From the IMG/VR virus record IMGVR_UViG_3300025174_000005: DNA of 64,000 bases; one strand, given 5' to 3'. Both the position numbers and the translations under genes were made by a program. The notes beneath the pieces were generated by a model, which saw nothing but the letters and a program-made list of their open reading frames with translations, searched no databases and was not told the origin of the DNA. Shown here piece after piece: positions 45,885 to 56,092 of this stretch. How positions within the stretch are numbered: the stretch's first letter is position 1; every line of letters starts with the position of its first letter. Origin of the DNA: a virus.

Positions 45885-48185
45885 TTAGCCGTAGTATTCT
45901 ACTTCAAAAATATAAACCGATCCTGTTCCTATTCCAACGGTAGTACCAAGTGTTTGAATCACTCCAACCGCTGTCTTTAGGGTTGTAGGATCAGTAAATC
46001 CAGCAGCTACACCTAAAGAAGATTTTTGATTCAATGAAGCTGTTAGGTTTAAATTGCGTAATCCACTAACGGATGTATTGGTAGTCCTAACCGTATTACT
46101 CAATAAAGCACTTGGAAGAGATATGGCTTGTACAAAACCACCTGTTGAATTTGCAAAACCAAGTTCTATACCCATAATAGCTGTCCCAACACCATAGATA
46201 CCTGTGTGTAGTTTATACACAACAGGTTCAGACATGCGATTCCCGTTACTTAGATCACTTAAATAATAACCCCAACTTAAAAATCTAGGCAATGCAGTAA
46301 GTAAAACATCTTCCTTTAATCTAAACCACTTCGTCCCACCAAAAGGTGATGTAGTTGAAACATTACCTAAATCGCCTAAGACAACACGCGCTATCTTCTT
46401 ACGTCGATTGAAATAAGAGAGCACATATCCTCTTGGTTCACCCTGGTCAACATCAACCCATGTAGTTGTGCTGGTTGTTCTAGCCATACCAACTAATCTA
46501 CGCGTATTATCTCCTGTCTTATTAACTACACCACCTACTGTTGAGGCTCCTGTTGTGGAAGCCTCTAGAGCGACTGCACTACCTGTCCAGTATGCATATA
46601 TAAAATAAGTAGTTTCAGGTAATAGTCCAGATGGAGTTAATACATTGGGTAATCCTCTATAAGGTATATATCTAGGTATACCACCTATGTCTAAAAACGA
46701 TCCCTTTCCTTCGTCAGGTTTTAATGCTATATTGGGTGCGTCGTAAACCAAGTAACATGATGTATTGCTGTTATCTGGATCTCCAGATCCTCCGCTTCTT
46801 GCTATCGTTATACTATTGGCTGCATTTGTAATGGCAATACCTGTGCCAGCTGTTAGTACCCTACCTTGAGGTAAACTACCTGTAGCACCAATTAATGTAG
46901 CTCCATTACCATCAGACCAACCTGCTTGGCCAATTACAGCACCACTAGAGTATGCCCATCTACCATTAATATATCCAGTTAGATTATTAATGAATGTTCC
47001 ACCTTTAGCGATGGTTAATAAACCACCCAAACCTGTATTAATACCTACTGGACCCCATATAGGATCTGCACCTACACCTTGACCTATTAAACACTGACCA
47101 GCTATAGAGCCATCAGGTATCTGAGCTAGTGAAATTGTTCCTGTAAGGGATGTAATGTCTAAAGTACCCCAGTGAGGATCAGCACCTGGACCACCAGCCA
47201 ATAATACCTTATCAGCAACAGGGTCATCTTGTAAGTTTGCTAAAGCAAGTGTACCTGCTGTATTAGCCAAATCTAACATACCCCAACCTACGATTCCTCC
47301 TGTTAATGTAAGCAATGCTTGACCAACAATGCCAGGTGTAATAGCTCCAAGAGGTAGTGTTCCTATAGTATGATTGGAAAGATTTGCTTTGCCATAAGAA
47401 GGTATTGCTCCTATACCACCAGAAAGTAAGAGGTTGCCTTGAGCAGCATCAGCCAACCTACCTAGCACATTAGAGGCTGTAGCAACTATTAAATCACCTA
47501 CGGTGTAATTGCCTAATCCTGTACCGCCATTGGCAACAGGTAGTATACCTAGAGCAAGTAAGCTTCCAGGTACTCCAGTAGAATCTATAGTAATAGTATT
47601 GCCTACTTGCGTGAGGACAATATCCGTACCTTCTGATAAAGTTGCATCGCCAACCAATTCTGGTTGACCTATTACTTCAATCGAGCGCACACCTTGATGT
47701 ATATGATCTTCTCTACTAACATAAGTACTAGAACCAGCAGAACTACCTGTAGTGACAGGTAGGGCAGAACCTACTCCGTATCCTAGGGATACTAGTATAT
47801 TTTGTGCTGCTTGTGTAAGTATAGATGCACCAGCTACTTTAATGGTAATATCACCAAACATAGGAGTGCCAAGCATTAAAGAGTGTATACCTTGGTGTTT
47901 ATGATCTGCTAGAGAGTATGTATTGTTAGATCCAGTGGTATTGGATAATCCTATATCACTTGCATCTACCGTAGACAGTAATTTAATTAGAACAGAACTA
48001 CTTAATTCATCGTATAGTTCTATGTCACCACTAATCTTACGTAGCGTTAGCATAGTAGGATCAAGTAATGTATCTAGGAATGTAATAGAAGGAGTACTAC
48101 CACTGACTATAGGAGCAGTAGAAAAGGTTTTAACACCAGAGATCTGGTCATTGCTATCTGTAGTTATATGTAAGTGATCTGTCAT
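45885..48185 (-). CDS. Long tail-fibre-like protein, paralogue 2
   Basis: Collinear with 43408-45855 and 48264-50594. Confidence 0.75.
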   Translation of the reverse strand: MTDHLHITTDSNDQISGVKTFSTAPIVSGSTPSITFLDTLLDPTMLTLRKISGDIELYDELSSSVLIKLLSTVDASDIGLSNTTGSNNTYSLADHKHQGIHSLMLGTPMFGDITIKVAGASILTQAAQNILVSLGYGVGSALPVTTGSSAGSSTYVSREDHIHQGVRSIEVIGQPELVGDATLSEGTDIVLTQVGNTITIDSTGVPGSLLALGILPVANGGTGLGNYTVGDLIVATASNVLGRLADAAQGNLLLSGGIGAIPSYGKANLSNHTIGTLPLGAITPGIVGQALLTLTGGIVGWGMLDLANTAGTLALANLQDDPVADKVLLAGGPGADPHWGTLDITSLTGTISLAQIPDGSIAGQCLIGQGVGADPIWGPVGINTGLGGLLTIAKGGTFINNLTGYINGRWAYSSGAVIGQAGWSDGNGATLIGATGSLPQGRVLTAGTGIAITNAANSITIARSGGSGDPDNSNTSCYLVYDAPNIALKPDEGKGSFLDIGGIPRYIPYRGLPNVLTPSGLLPETTYFIYAYWTGSAVALEASTTGASTVGGVVNKTGDNTRRLVGMARTTSTTTWVDVDQGEPRGYVLSYFNRRKKIARVVLGDLGNVSTTSPFGGTKWFRLKEDVLLTALPRFLSWGYYLSDLSNGNRMSEPVVYKLHTGIYGVGTAIMGIELGFANSTGGFVQAISLPSALLSNTVRTTNTSVSGLRNLNLTASLNQKSSLGVAAGFTDPTTLKTAVGVIQTLGTTVGIGTGSVYIFEVEYYG

Positions 48186-48263
48186 TTGAATCTCCGATTC
48201 ATAAAATCGAGCAAAGCTCCTTTTATATTCCTTTAACTAACCCCTTATCAGGTTAATTATTAA

Positions 48264-50594
48264 TTAACCCATATAGGTTGCGGTAAGCGACACCGACATG
48301 CCTTGGCTAACTAATTTTGGTATGCCTCCAGAAGCATTGAAAAAAGTAAACCATGCAGGAGAATAAGAGTATGGCAATGGATGAATAGGGAAGTAATCAT
48401 AGCGACTATAACTACTTGTCATGTTCACAACTCTAATTTCTGAAGTTATAGGAACTGTTTCTGCGATCTTTCCAGCACCATATATACCAAGTCCTGCAAA
48501 TACAGTATCACTCACAGTGCCAGCTCCTATACCAAAGTACGTTTCAAAATAAGTGGATAGTCCAGTATTGTTATAATAAGTTATTTCTCCAGTAAGATGT
48601 ACGTCTGGCTCTCCTAAAAAATTGTCTAGAGAGTTCAAAGCTGTATATAGAGAATGAGCACATAATATTTTTACTGGTGTAAAAGTTGTTGTGGGCCAAT
48701 AACCTGTGCCAGAAATACCAGGATCTCCTCCTACTTGTAGATATGATCGGGCAAATCTTAATCTTTGATTAAACAATGACCACAAATATCTTTTACTTTC
48801 TGTATCAATCCATCCACTACCATCATCATTAGTACGTGCAATGCCGACAAATCTTCGTGTGTTATCGCCTAACTTGATTAATACAAAACCACTAGTAAGA
48901 AATTCTCGATATGCATCTATTTGGCCGCCAGAGGCAATTGCTTGTTTCTCTAACTGTATATTGCTGCCATCCCAATAAGCAAATATAGAATATGTGGTTG
49001 CAATAGAAGTACCTAATGAACTAAGTGTTGGTCCATCTCCACTAAACGCCCTATTTACAGGAGATCCAGCTTCGTATATGGTTAAGAAATTGCCATTGTA
49101 GGGTCTTAATCTTAAGTTAAGACCATCTAACACAAGCCTACACTCATGTAGGTCTCTTGCGCTGGCACCTCCACTTGTAGAGGATATGGTAATAGAACCT
49201 GGTCCATTAACAATAGAGATACCTGTTCCTGCTATAATATTGGCTTCTTTAGGTACTCCGCCTGTAGCATTTATAAGTATGCGTCCATCGGTATTAACAG
49301 AACCTGGACCTTGCACAATACTATTGCCATTAAAAATCATAATACGATGATTAGTTGGATCTATTGTTGTATTATTTGTTCCACCCCTATCAAGAGGTAA
49401 TGGTCCTCCAGAAGTAGCATTTGCCTGACTTAAATTAAGAGGTGCATAAGCTGGATCGGGAGGAGAACCAGCGCCTCCAGCTAGTAGCGGCACGTTGGTA
49501 CTAGCGGCGCCTGGTATTTGACTAAGAGTTAAGTCTCCTGTTATTACCCCACTAGGTAAACTTCCATAGTGAGGATCAGCACTTGGTCCACCTGATAGGA
49601 GAGGTTTATTAGCTACTATATCGTCCGCAAGTTTAGCTAAGGGCAATATACCTGTTGTATTAGCTAGATCAAGTAGAGCGTAAGCAACTCCACTACCCGT
49701 AGTTTGAAGAGCTCTTCCTGCAGGAGAACCATCTGCTATGCGAGTAGTGATAAGTGTTCCTGTAAAATGCTGTGATAGACTAGCCTTACCCCAGAAGGGT
49801 ATCTGACCAACTCCACCTGACAAGAGAACATTACCAACAACTACATCACCTAACTTAGTCAAACTAATTGTACTATTAGCTACAAGCAAGTCACCTATTG
49901 TATAACCATTCAATCCCGTACCTCCTGAAGTAACAGGTAGGGGATTTGGTAAGTTAAAGAATGTAGGTAGTGGTCCGCCAGCCCCTGACTGTGATACCGT
50001 AATACCTTGGTTAGCTAAGGTAATTGTCATATTGGTACCAGCTTGGAGAATTATATCTCCAAATAACTGAGTAGAAGCAAGTTTGGCTAGACTGTGTAAT
50101 CCCTTATGTTGATGTCCTGCGCGAGATAACCTGTTAGAGGTACCTTGACTTCCTATGTCCCCTACATCTAAAGCACCAATATTAGATAGATCAGCATCTA
50201 GTCCTATAGTATTACCTGTTTGAGTAAACAGTAATCCTGTGCCAAAACTAAGAGCTACATCTCCGTATAAGTCACTAAACCCATCTGCTTTTACGGAGCG
50301 CACACCTTGATGTGTATGATTAGCTAATGCAAGTTTAGTGCTCGTACCTTGATCTGATGTGTTTGCAACTGACTGAGGTGTTTCTGTACCTAAGAGAGAT
50401 CGTAAAACTACATTAGTAAGATTATCAACTATCTCTATGTCTCCACTTAGTTTACGTACTCTAAATACAGTAGTGTCTAGGGTAGTATCATCCATGATAA
50501 GTGCAGGTGTAATACCAGCTAATACAATAGGCACTAAGAAGGTCTTAAGACCTGTGAGGATATCATTGTTATTAACTGTTACGTGACGTGACAT
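48264..50594 (-). CDS. Long tail-fibre-like protein, paralogue 1
   Basis: Collinear with the two downstream paralogues. Confidence 0.75.
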   Translation of the reverse strand: MSRHVTVNNNDILTGLKTFLVPIVLAGITPALIMDDTTLDTTVFRVRKLSGDIEIVDNLTNVVLRSLLGTETPQSVANTSDQGTSTKLALANHTHQGVRSVKADGFSDLYGDVALSFGTGLLFTQTGNTIGLDADLSNIGALDVGDIGSQGTSNRLSRAGHQHKGLHSLAKLASTQLFGDIILQAGTNMTITLANQGITVSQSGAGGPLPTFFNLPNPLPVTSGGTGLNGYTIGDLLVANSTISLTKLGDVVVGNVLLSGGVGQIPFWGKASLSQHFTGTLITTRIADGSPAGRALQTTGSGVAYALLDLANTTGILPLAKLADDIVANKPLLSGGPSADPHYGSLPSGVITGDLTLSQIPGAASTNVPLLAGGAGSPPDPAYAPLNLSQANATSGGPLPLDRGGTNNTTIDPTNHRIMIFNGNSIVQGPGSVNTDGRILINATGGVPKEANIIAGTGISIVNGPGSITISSTSGGASARDLHECRLVLDGLNLRLRPYNGNFLTIYEAGSPVNRAFSGDGPTLSSLGTSIATTYSIFAYWDGSNIQLEKQAIASGGQIDAYREFLTSGFVLIKLGDNTRRFVGIARTNDDGSGWIDTESKRYLWSLFNQRLRFARSYLQVGGDPGISGTGYWPTTTFTPVKILCAHSLYTALNSLDNFLGEPDVHLTGEITYYNNTGLSTYFETYFGIGAGTVSDTVFAGLGIYGAGKIAETVPITSEIRVVNMTSSYSRYDYFPIHPLPYSYSPAWFTFFNASGGIPKLVSQGMSVSLTATYMG

Positions 50595-50609
50595 CTAGAG
50601 AATTATATC

Positions 50610-50816
50610 CTATCCTGATGTATTTAACTGACCATCATTAGTAATAGTTATTGTAAAAGTAATATTAAGAGGGCTAATTAATGGGAAAGAGATAATGGTA
50701 TCTGTTAATCCAGTGGTGCTTGCTGTATCTAGTGTACCATCGTCATCAGCACTAACTAACCACTGAGTACCATTAGGACTTTGCATATGTATTTTGCCAT
50801 TAACAACTATACCCAT
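50610..50816 (-). CDS. Small fibre-associated protein with two SP(N/L)...DG.L repeats
   Basis: MQSPNGTQWLVSADDDGTL and LISPLNITFTITITNDGQL. Confidence 0.6.
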   Translation of the reverse strand: MGIVVNGKIHMQSPNGTQWLVSADDDGTLDTASTTGLTDTIISFPLISPLNITFTITITNDGQLNTSG

Positions 50817-50859
50817 AAGTATATCACCCTGTGATTTTTAATAGCAAAGATAAGATATA

Positions 50860-51633
50860 TTATTGTGTACCAAGAAGGAGTGTTCCTTCATAATCTCCAA
50901 TAGCCTCACCAATATTAGTTACCCGTAAAGATGCTGTAGTACCAGAACTTAAAAGTTCTGGGTCAGGTAAGATAACCTCTATACTTGGTGCAACTATATT
51001 GATGCGTCCAAAGTATTTACGTGATCCATTTACCTCTATGAATACATCTCCGTCTACCGTACCACGAGCTATAAATCCTCGTAGAAACGTACTACCTGCT
51101 GATAAGTAACTTGTTATGGTAGCTGTGATGGCAATACCTACACCCGTAGCTGTACCATACTGATTAGCAGCCATAATAAAGGTACTTCCTCCACCACCTG
51201 AACCACCACTAACTTGTTGGGCGGTAGCTCCTTCTAACCACTCTATGGTGGCATAGGCTGTTGTATCTGAGCTATCATCTAAGTTAGTAACCTTCACGGC
51301 AAAGTGATTGCTGCCATTACCAGCTATGACGTGGGCAGCATTAAATTGTATGGGTTCAACTGATTCAGCAGGTGTTAATATGATTGTAGATATATCTGTG
51401 GGTATAAAGCCTTCTATGCGCTGGATGGTTATTTTAACAAAGCCTGGTGATGATAAGGTTACACTTAGTAATCTACCAAACTTACCTGACGTAACAGGAG
51501 AAGCATCTAGGGTAATAGTTGTACTGGCAAATACATCTCCACTCACAAGAGATGATTTAGGTAATCCATTATTACCACTACTACCTGATGAAGTTCCTCC
51601 GCCACCCCTACCTGACGATGATGCTCTACTCAT
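50860..51633 (-). CDS. Two-domain beta-sandwich virion protein
   Basis: First domain is similar to the C-terminus of 42210-42998. Confidence 0.6.
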   Translation of the reverse strand: MSRASSSGRGGGGTSSGSSGNNGLPKSSLVSGDVFASTTITLDASPVTSGKFGRLLSVTLSSPGFVKITIQRIEGFIPTDISTIILTPAESVEPIQFNAAHVIAGNGSNHFAVKVTNLDDSSDTTAYATIEWLEGATAQQVSGGSGGGGSTFIMAANQYGTATGVGIAITATITSYLSAGSTFLRGFIARGTVDGDVFIEVNGSRKYFGRINIVAPSIEVILPDPELLSSGTTASLRVTNIGEAIGDYEGTLLLGTQ

Positions 51634-51634
51634 C

Positions 51635-51976
51635 TTATATACCTAATCCTAACCATGATATCGTTGCAGCTTCAGATGATAATAAGTAGACCCTAGAAGG
51701 ATCTTTAACATCTAATCCTAGCACCTCAGAAGGCTCTAGAACATATCCATTAGAGGTAGTTAGTAATTCGGTGCCAATATAGATAAAGGATATGTTAGAA
51801 CCCATAGATTTGATTAATAATGAACGTACTAATATCTTATCTGAGGAGAGTTGAGTAATAACATCTGGAGCTAGCGTTAGTTGATTGTGTGACTTAATAC
51901 TAAGAGACACATTACTAACAGCGGCTTGGGAGGTTTTCTTGATATGTTCTACTAACTCGTCTTCGCGCTTAGCCAT
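51635..51976 (-). CDS. Small beta-sandwich virion protein
   Basis: LLIKSMGSNISFIYIG...NGYVLEPSE. Confidence 0.55.
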   Translation of the reverse strand: MAKREDELVEHIKKTSQAAVSNVSLSIKSHNQLTLAPDVITQLSSDKILVRSLLIKSMGSNISFIYIGTELLTTSNGYVLEPSEVLGLDVKDPSRVYLLSSEAATISWLGLGI

Positions 51977-51986
51977 ACATATAATA

Positions 51987-52009
51987 ATAGCCTCGGAAAC
52001 CGAGGCTAT
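51987..52009. terminator. Hairpin at the boundary of the structural cluster
   Basis: atagcctcgg-aaa-ccgaggctat. Confidence 0.55.
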
Positions 52010-52032
52010 AAAATATTAGGAGGGCTTAGTTG

Positions 52033-52374
52033 TTAACTATTTATTTCCTGTACTTCCCATACTATACCCGTACCCTTACAGCTCCTACAATTAACTGGAT
52101 CTGTTGTAATTATAGCTTTAATATCCTGATAAAAGTTATAGGGCATATGACCCCTACCTGCACATACAGGGCACTTATGGGGTATCTTACTTGGTGTAGT
52201 CTTAGGTGTTTCAATAGGTGGTAATGTAAAGTATTTAAAGTAAGTATATTTATAGTTATTGTGTGGGTTTATTGCTGCTATGTTATCCTCTGAGAAAGGA
52301 TCTCTCCATGTCATTGTATCACCCCTTATCAATACTACATATGTATGTATTGTCTTTTCTATACAATATATCAT
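52033..52374 (-). CDS. Protein with a DnaJ-type CxxCxGxG zinc motif
   Basis: CPVCAGRG and CRSCKGTG. Confidence 0.65.
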   Translation of the reverse strand: MIYCIEKTIHTYVVLIRGDTMTWRDPFSEDNIAAINPHNNYKYTYFKYFTLPPIETPKTTPSKIPHKCPVCAGRGHMPYNFYQDIKAIITTDPVNCRSCKGTGIVWEVQEINS

Positions 52375-52649
52375 ATAGACGCCACTTTATGTGACAGTGC
52401 CAGGAATCTACTCCAAAATCAATCATTATCTCTACTTGAGATAAATCCCTGGTATATTCCTTAATAGTATATTTCTCAATCTTAATAGAACTATAGCTAG
52501 GCACAGAAATGTTTTGATTGCGTATTACTAAATGCTGTATGGTATCTATGGACATATTACCATATGGTTCTTTGGTATAAATAATAATATGATCAACTAT
52601 AATAATTCCCGTGTGGGATTCATCACATATCCATAGTGACCCCATCTAT

Positions 52650-53078
52650 TCAACTAAGACCTTGGCACATCTTCGCAACGAAAACAGCAATATCAAAACC
52701 ATATGCTTCTTCTAGAGATATTCTACAACCTTCTTTTATAAATTCGATTTTGTCTAGTATTATATTATATGCGTCACCCGTTGGTGGTTGACGCATTATT
52801 AATACTTTCAAAGAAGATGGTGGTGTTTTAATAACTGGTAAGGGCTTATTAAACACTATCGATCCACAACACCCCTCTTTTTTAACAACCTGCGCTGGAA
52901 TATCTCCCATTACGAAGAATGGTGTGGGTTCTTCGTCCTTTCTTATACATATTTTATCTATTGTTGCAAGTATGTTGTCGTTTGCACCATCCAACAACCA
53001 TATCTCTACAATTCCTTGATATTCTCCTTGATATTCTGTTGCATTACTCATTGATGATAAAAAGATTTCAACACCCAT
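52650..53078 (-). CDS. Hypothetical protein, possibly a diverged tail-tube-like fold
   Basis: FFVMG...GCCGSIVF...G.RISLEE...FVA pattern. Confidence 0.3.
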   Translation of the reverse strand: MGVEIFLSSMSNATEYQGEYQGIVEIWLLDGANDNILATIDKICIRKDEEPTPFFVMGDIPAQVVKKEGCCGSIVFNKPLPVIKTPPSSLKVLIMRQPPTGDAYNIILDKIEFIKEGCRISLEEAYGFDIAVFVAKMCQGLS

Positions 53079-53103
53079 TGTGTTTCCTTCCTTTCGTTTT
53101 TTG

Positions 53104-53592
53104 TTAAAGCAATCCTAGCGCACTTAGTAACAAAGCCGTGTTTGTTTTAGCTATCTCATCTCCAAGGCGTGTGCCTTGACAACCCTTAGGTATGAGTATG
53201 TGTGGTTTCTTAACTAATGTTATTTCACGCATATTCTTAACTTCTAGTAGTCCCCATCCAAGGGGTAGATCTTCTACGGGTATTACGCCTATGGGAGCTA
53301 TAAATAATTGTTTCTTAGCTATAGGCATTGCTGTTAATTTAGTTTGCTTGGCTTGTTCTTTGGCATGAGTAAAGTCACTCTTAACAGCCTTGGCTTCTAT
53401 CATTATGCCATAGGGCTGCCCACCACTACGCTTCTCATATTTAGTCATACCCCATCCAGCAACATCATGGATGTAATTACTTATAGCTACTTCTATAGCC
53501 ATAGATCTAAAACCACTCATCCAAAGCCACTGTATGCCTAGACGCTTAAGTATATAATGTTCTAGTGATTCATTTTTGCGACGTACTTTCAT
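53104..53592 (-). CDS. MmcB-like PD-(D/E)XK nuclease
   Basis: EVAI...HDVAG...IEAKAVKSDF...FIAP.GVIPVEDLPLGWGLL. Confidence 0.65.
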   Translation of the reverse strand: MKVRRKNESLEHYILKRLGIQWLWMSGFRSMAIEVAISNYIHDVAGWGMTKYEKRSGGQPYGIMIEAKAVKSDFTHAKEQAKQTKLTAMPIAKKQLFIAPIGVIPVEDLPLGWGLLEVKNMREITLVKKPHILIPKGCQGTRLGDEIAKTNTALLLSALGLL

Positions 53593-53596
53593 TCTA

Positions 53597-54451
53597 TTAG
53601 ACCTTCTTCTTGGCTTTTTTACTTAGAAAAGCCAAGCTCTTTTCTTCAGGGGTGTTAATAGATTTAATTACTTCGTCTCCAACCCTCCATCTGCCTTCTA
53701 CGTTAGCACGACACAAGTCTTTAAGACCACAATAGTAACACTCCTTACTACTGCCAGGTGAGGTTGTATAAGGATTAAGACCTTGTGGTATAGGAGGTAC
53801 TGTTTTATTAGCTACGTTCTCATTAAATGATTTAGCTTTATCAATAAGGGCTAATGCGGTATTTCTATCATATATAAGAGGTGTATAGAGTCTATCTTGA
53901 CTATCTTTGTTCTCACATACAAAGATACCTACGGTTAATCCTGTTAGATGTAAGTAAACCATTAATTGATCTTTATAGTCTTGAGAGATGCCATTTTTCT
54001 TGGCATCTTCAAACGACCTACTGTTCATGCTCTTTGCTTCTACCAAGAACATGAGACCACCATATCCTGGTATGTTGGCTAAACATAATTGATCTGTGTG
54101 TCCACCACTATTAACCTCAGGATTTTTAAGACCAAGTTCGTCTTTAACAACATAACCAGCTTCTTCCATTTCTTCGAGAAGTCTACTGTGGTAGTAATGA
54201 CCATTGTCAAATTTGCGTAGTGTGTTTGAAGTGAAGGGTTCCTTACCTTCTGATGGGACTAAAGCTTGGAGTACTTGTTTGCGTAAGCACTTACCAACTG
54301 CTGATGGATGGAATACCATATAGTCACGAGTATTTGAGGCGTGACGGGCTTGCATCACATGATCTAGATCTTGCTCAAGTTGGGATGCTAATTGAAGGGC
54401 TAGTTTACTGTGTTCCTCACGTTCTTCTGGTGACAGCCTGCGTTCTAACAC
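53597..54451 (-). CDS. Cas4-like Fe-S PD-(D/E)XK exonuclease (solo, phage type)
   Basis: HPSAVGKCLRK, GHYYH, GHTD, VEAKS, QLMVY, ECYYCGLKDLC. Confidence 0.8.
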   Translation of the reverse strand: MLERRLSPEEREEHSKLALQLASQLEQDLDHVMQARHASNTRDYMVFHPSAVGKCLRKQVLQALVPSEGKEPFTSNTLRKFDNGHYYHSRLLEEMEEAGYVVKDELGLKNPEVNSGGHTDQLCLANIPGYGGLMFLVEAKSMNSRSFEDAKKNGISQDYKDQLMVYLHLTGLTVGIFVCENKDSQDRLYTPLIYDRNTALALIDKAKSFNENVANKTVPPIPQGLNPYTTSPGSSKECYYCGLKDLCRANVEGRWRVGDEVIKSINTPEEKSLAFLSKKAKKKV

Positions 54452-54476
54452 TATTAGGTACCCCCTATTAGTTTAG

Positions 54477-55457
54477 TTACTCGCTTAAGGGCTTATTGCC
54501 ACGTTTGTTTAGGAAACAAGCATATTCCCTAAAGTGTATATGGCTAATATCTTCTCCTTGATCTACGAGTATTTTTAGATCTGCTAGTTTTTGAAGTATA
54601 GATTTCTTGCGACGCTTCATTGTTGTCATACTAATACCAGCCATTCTAGCTGCTTTAGGTATTGTGAGCTCATCATAATAAAAGAGCTTAAGGTAATAAC
54701 GCTCTATTGGCCAGAGCTTGGAGAATAAATCTCCGCATGTAATACCTTGTACCCAATTTATTCCAAGTTCACTATTCCCAAAATCTAGATATTCAACTGG
54801 TCCTAGTGTTGACAATCTTTCTTTTCCAAGATGTTCTACTGTGTCAATACTAGCATTCTGCAGGTCTATATTACCATAACGTGCATCTAATTGCAAGTTT
54901 TCCCCTTCATCGTCTATGGAAATTAAGTTTTCTGCTGACATAGACACAAGAGGATCACGCATGTTCTCTTTGACCTTACGAGCAAAGTTACATATAAAAG
55001 ACTTAATAAAATATCTTAACCAATATATGTTTTCATCTGTGCCCTTATAATAGTTCATTGCTTTAACTATAACTTCCGCCATATCTTGACGGATGTCTTC
55101 TACAGATATTATTTTATAGCAACAGAATATGTGGTAGGCTGCATTATAAGCAGCCTCCTTAACATGAGTGCTAAGTTTTTTAGAACGTAAGCCGTAGACT
55201 ACTTCTTTATCGCCTATGAATAGGCTAACAAAATGTCTTTGAGTAGGTGATGATAACAGAAGAGTATTCATTTTAATAATACGTATGAATTGCTCTAAGA
55301 AATCGTGAAACTTATCCATCATATCTATAGTTGCTAGCTGATCGCCTTGCTTATGACGTTTAACTATTGACCAAAGTAAAACTTCTTCTTCTGTGGGAGG
55401 TGGATTCTTATATTCCTTAGGTGGTTTGATCGTAGTTGTGATGTTTTTCTTTTTCAT
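54477..55457 (-). CDS. Phage-encoded RNA polymerase sigma factor (sigma70-family-like)
   Basis: KQGDQLA.., EDIRQD...KAMNYY (region 2); IERYYLKLFYYDELTIPKAARMAGIS..TMKRRK (region 4 HTH). Confidence 0.75.
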   Translation of the reverse strand: MKKKNITTTIKPPKEYKNPPPTEEEVLLWSIVKRHKQGDQLATIDMMDKFHDFLEQFIRIIKMNTLLLSSPTQRHFVSLFIGDKEVVYGLRSKKLSTHVKEAAYNAAYHIFCCYKIISVEDIRQDMAEVIVKAMNYYKGTDENIYWLRYFIKSFICNFARKVKENMRDPLVSMSAENLISIDDEGENLQLDARYGNIDLQNASIDTVEHLGKERLSTLGPVEYLDFGNSELGINWVQGITCGDLFSKLWPIERYYLKLFYYDELTIPKAARMAGISMTTMKRRKKSILQKLADLKILVDQGEDISHIHFREYACFLNKRGNKPLSE

Positions 55458-55468
55458 AATGCTCCTAT

Positions 55469-56092
55469 TTATAATTTCTCGAAGTGTTCAGGTACCAACA
55501 TGAACGTGTAAAATAGAGCCAGAGCATCAGATTGGGCCTCTGTGAGGCCTTCAACACCACTTAATCCTTCTATAGCTATTTGCATATCTAACTTAGATGC
55601 ATCTCCACTTTCTGCAACTACTTTCTTGGCTCTTCGATTATTGATAGCGATGATGGGCAATCTGTGAGCAGCAGCTGTCAGCATGATAGCACCACGCATT
55701 TGAGATAGATATCTAAAGGTAGCCACCAATCCTCTATAGAATATATCTTCGATAATAATAAGATCTATGCGATGATGCTCTATAAGATTAGTTAGTTGAT
55801 GATTAAGCTCAAGAAGCCTAGCTGAAGTAGGATGTATATCCTTAAGGTGAAAATCAGCAGCTGTTATGATAGAAGGGCTGTGCCCTTCCTTAAGAGAACA
55901 TCGTATAACAACGATACCTGTTGTATTAGACGGGTCTATTGCAAGAATAGATATGACTTTCTTACGAGGGACGAGAGACGTTAAAGCCTCATTATCTACC
56001 GTCAATATTGACGGAGGAGTAAGTGGTTGCTTATTTGTCTCAGTTGGTTTCTGAAGATTGATTGGTCTCTGAAAGTATTTCTTTTGGTTCAC
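55469..56092 (-). CDS. ruvC: RuvC Holliday junction resolvase
   Basis: ILAIDP, IIIEDIF, G....SKLDMQ, SDALA. Confidence 0.85.
   Translation of the reverse strand: MNQKKYFQRPINLQKPTETNKQPLTPPSILTVDNEALTSLVPRKKVISILAIDPSNTTGIVVIRCSLKEGHSPSIITAADFHLKDIHPTSARLLELNHQLTNLIEHHRIDLIIIEDIFYRGLVATFRYLSQMRGAIMLTAAAHRLPIIAINNRRAKKVVAESGDASKLDMQIAIEGLSGVEGLTEAQSDALALFYTFMLVPEHFEKL

Noticed and set aside
43408-50594. Diversity-generating retroelement or invertible shufflon acting on the fibre tips
   Set aside because: No reverse transcriptase or recombinase in the window, no ~100-bp TR/VR pair differing at adenines, no inverted crossover sites; the three 3' ends are unrelated at DNA level.
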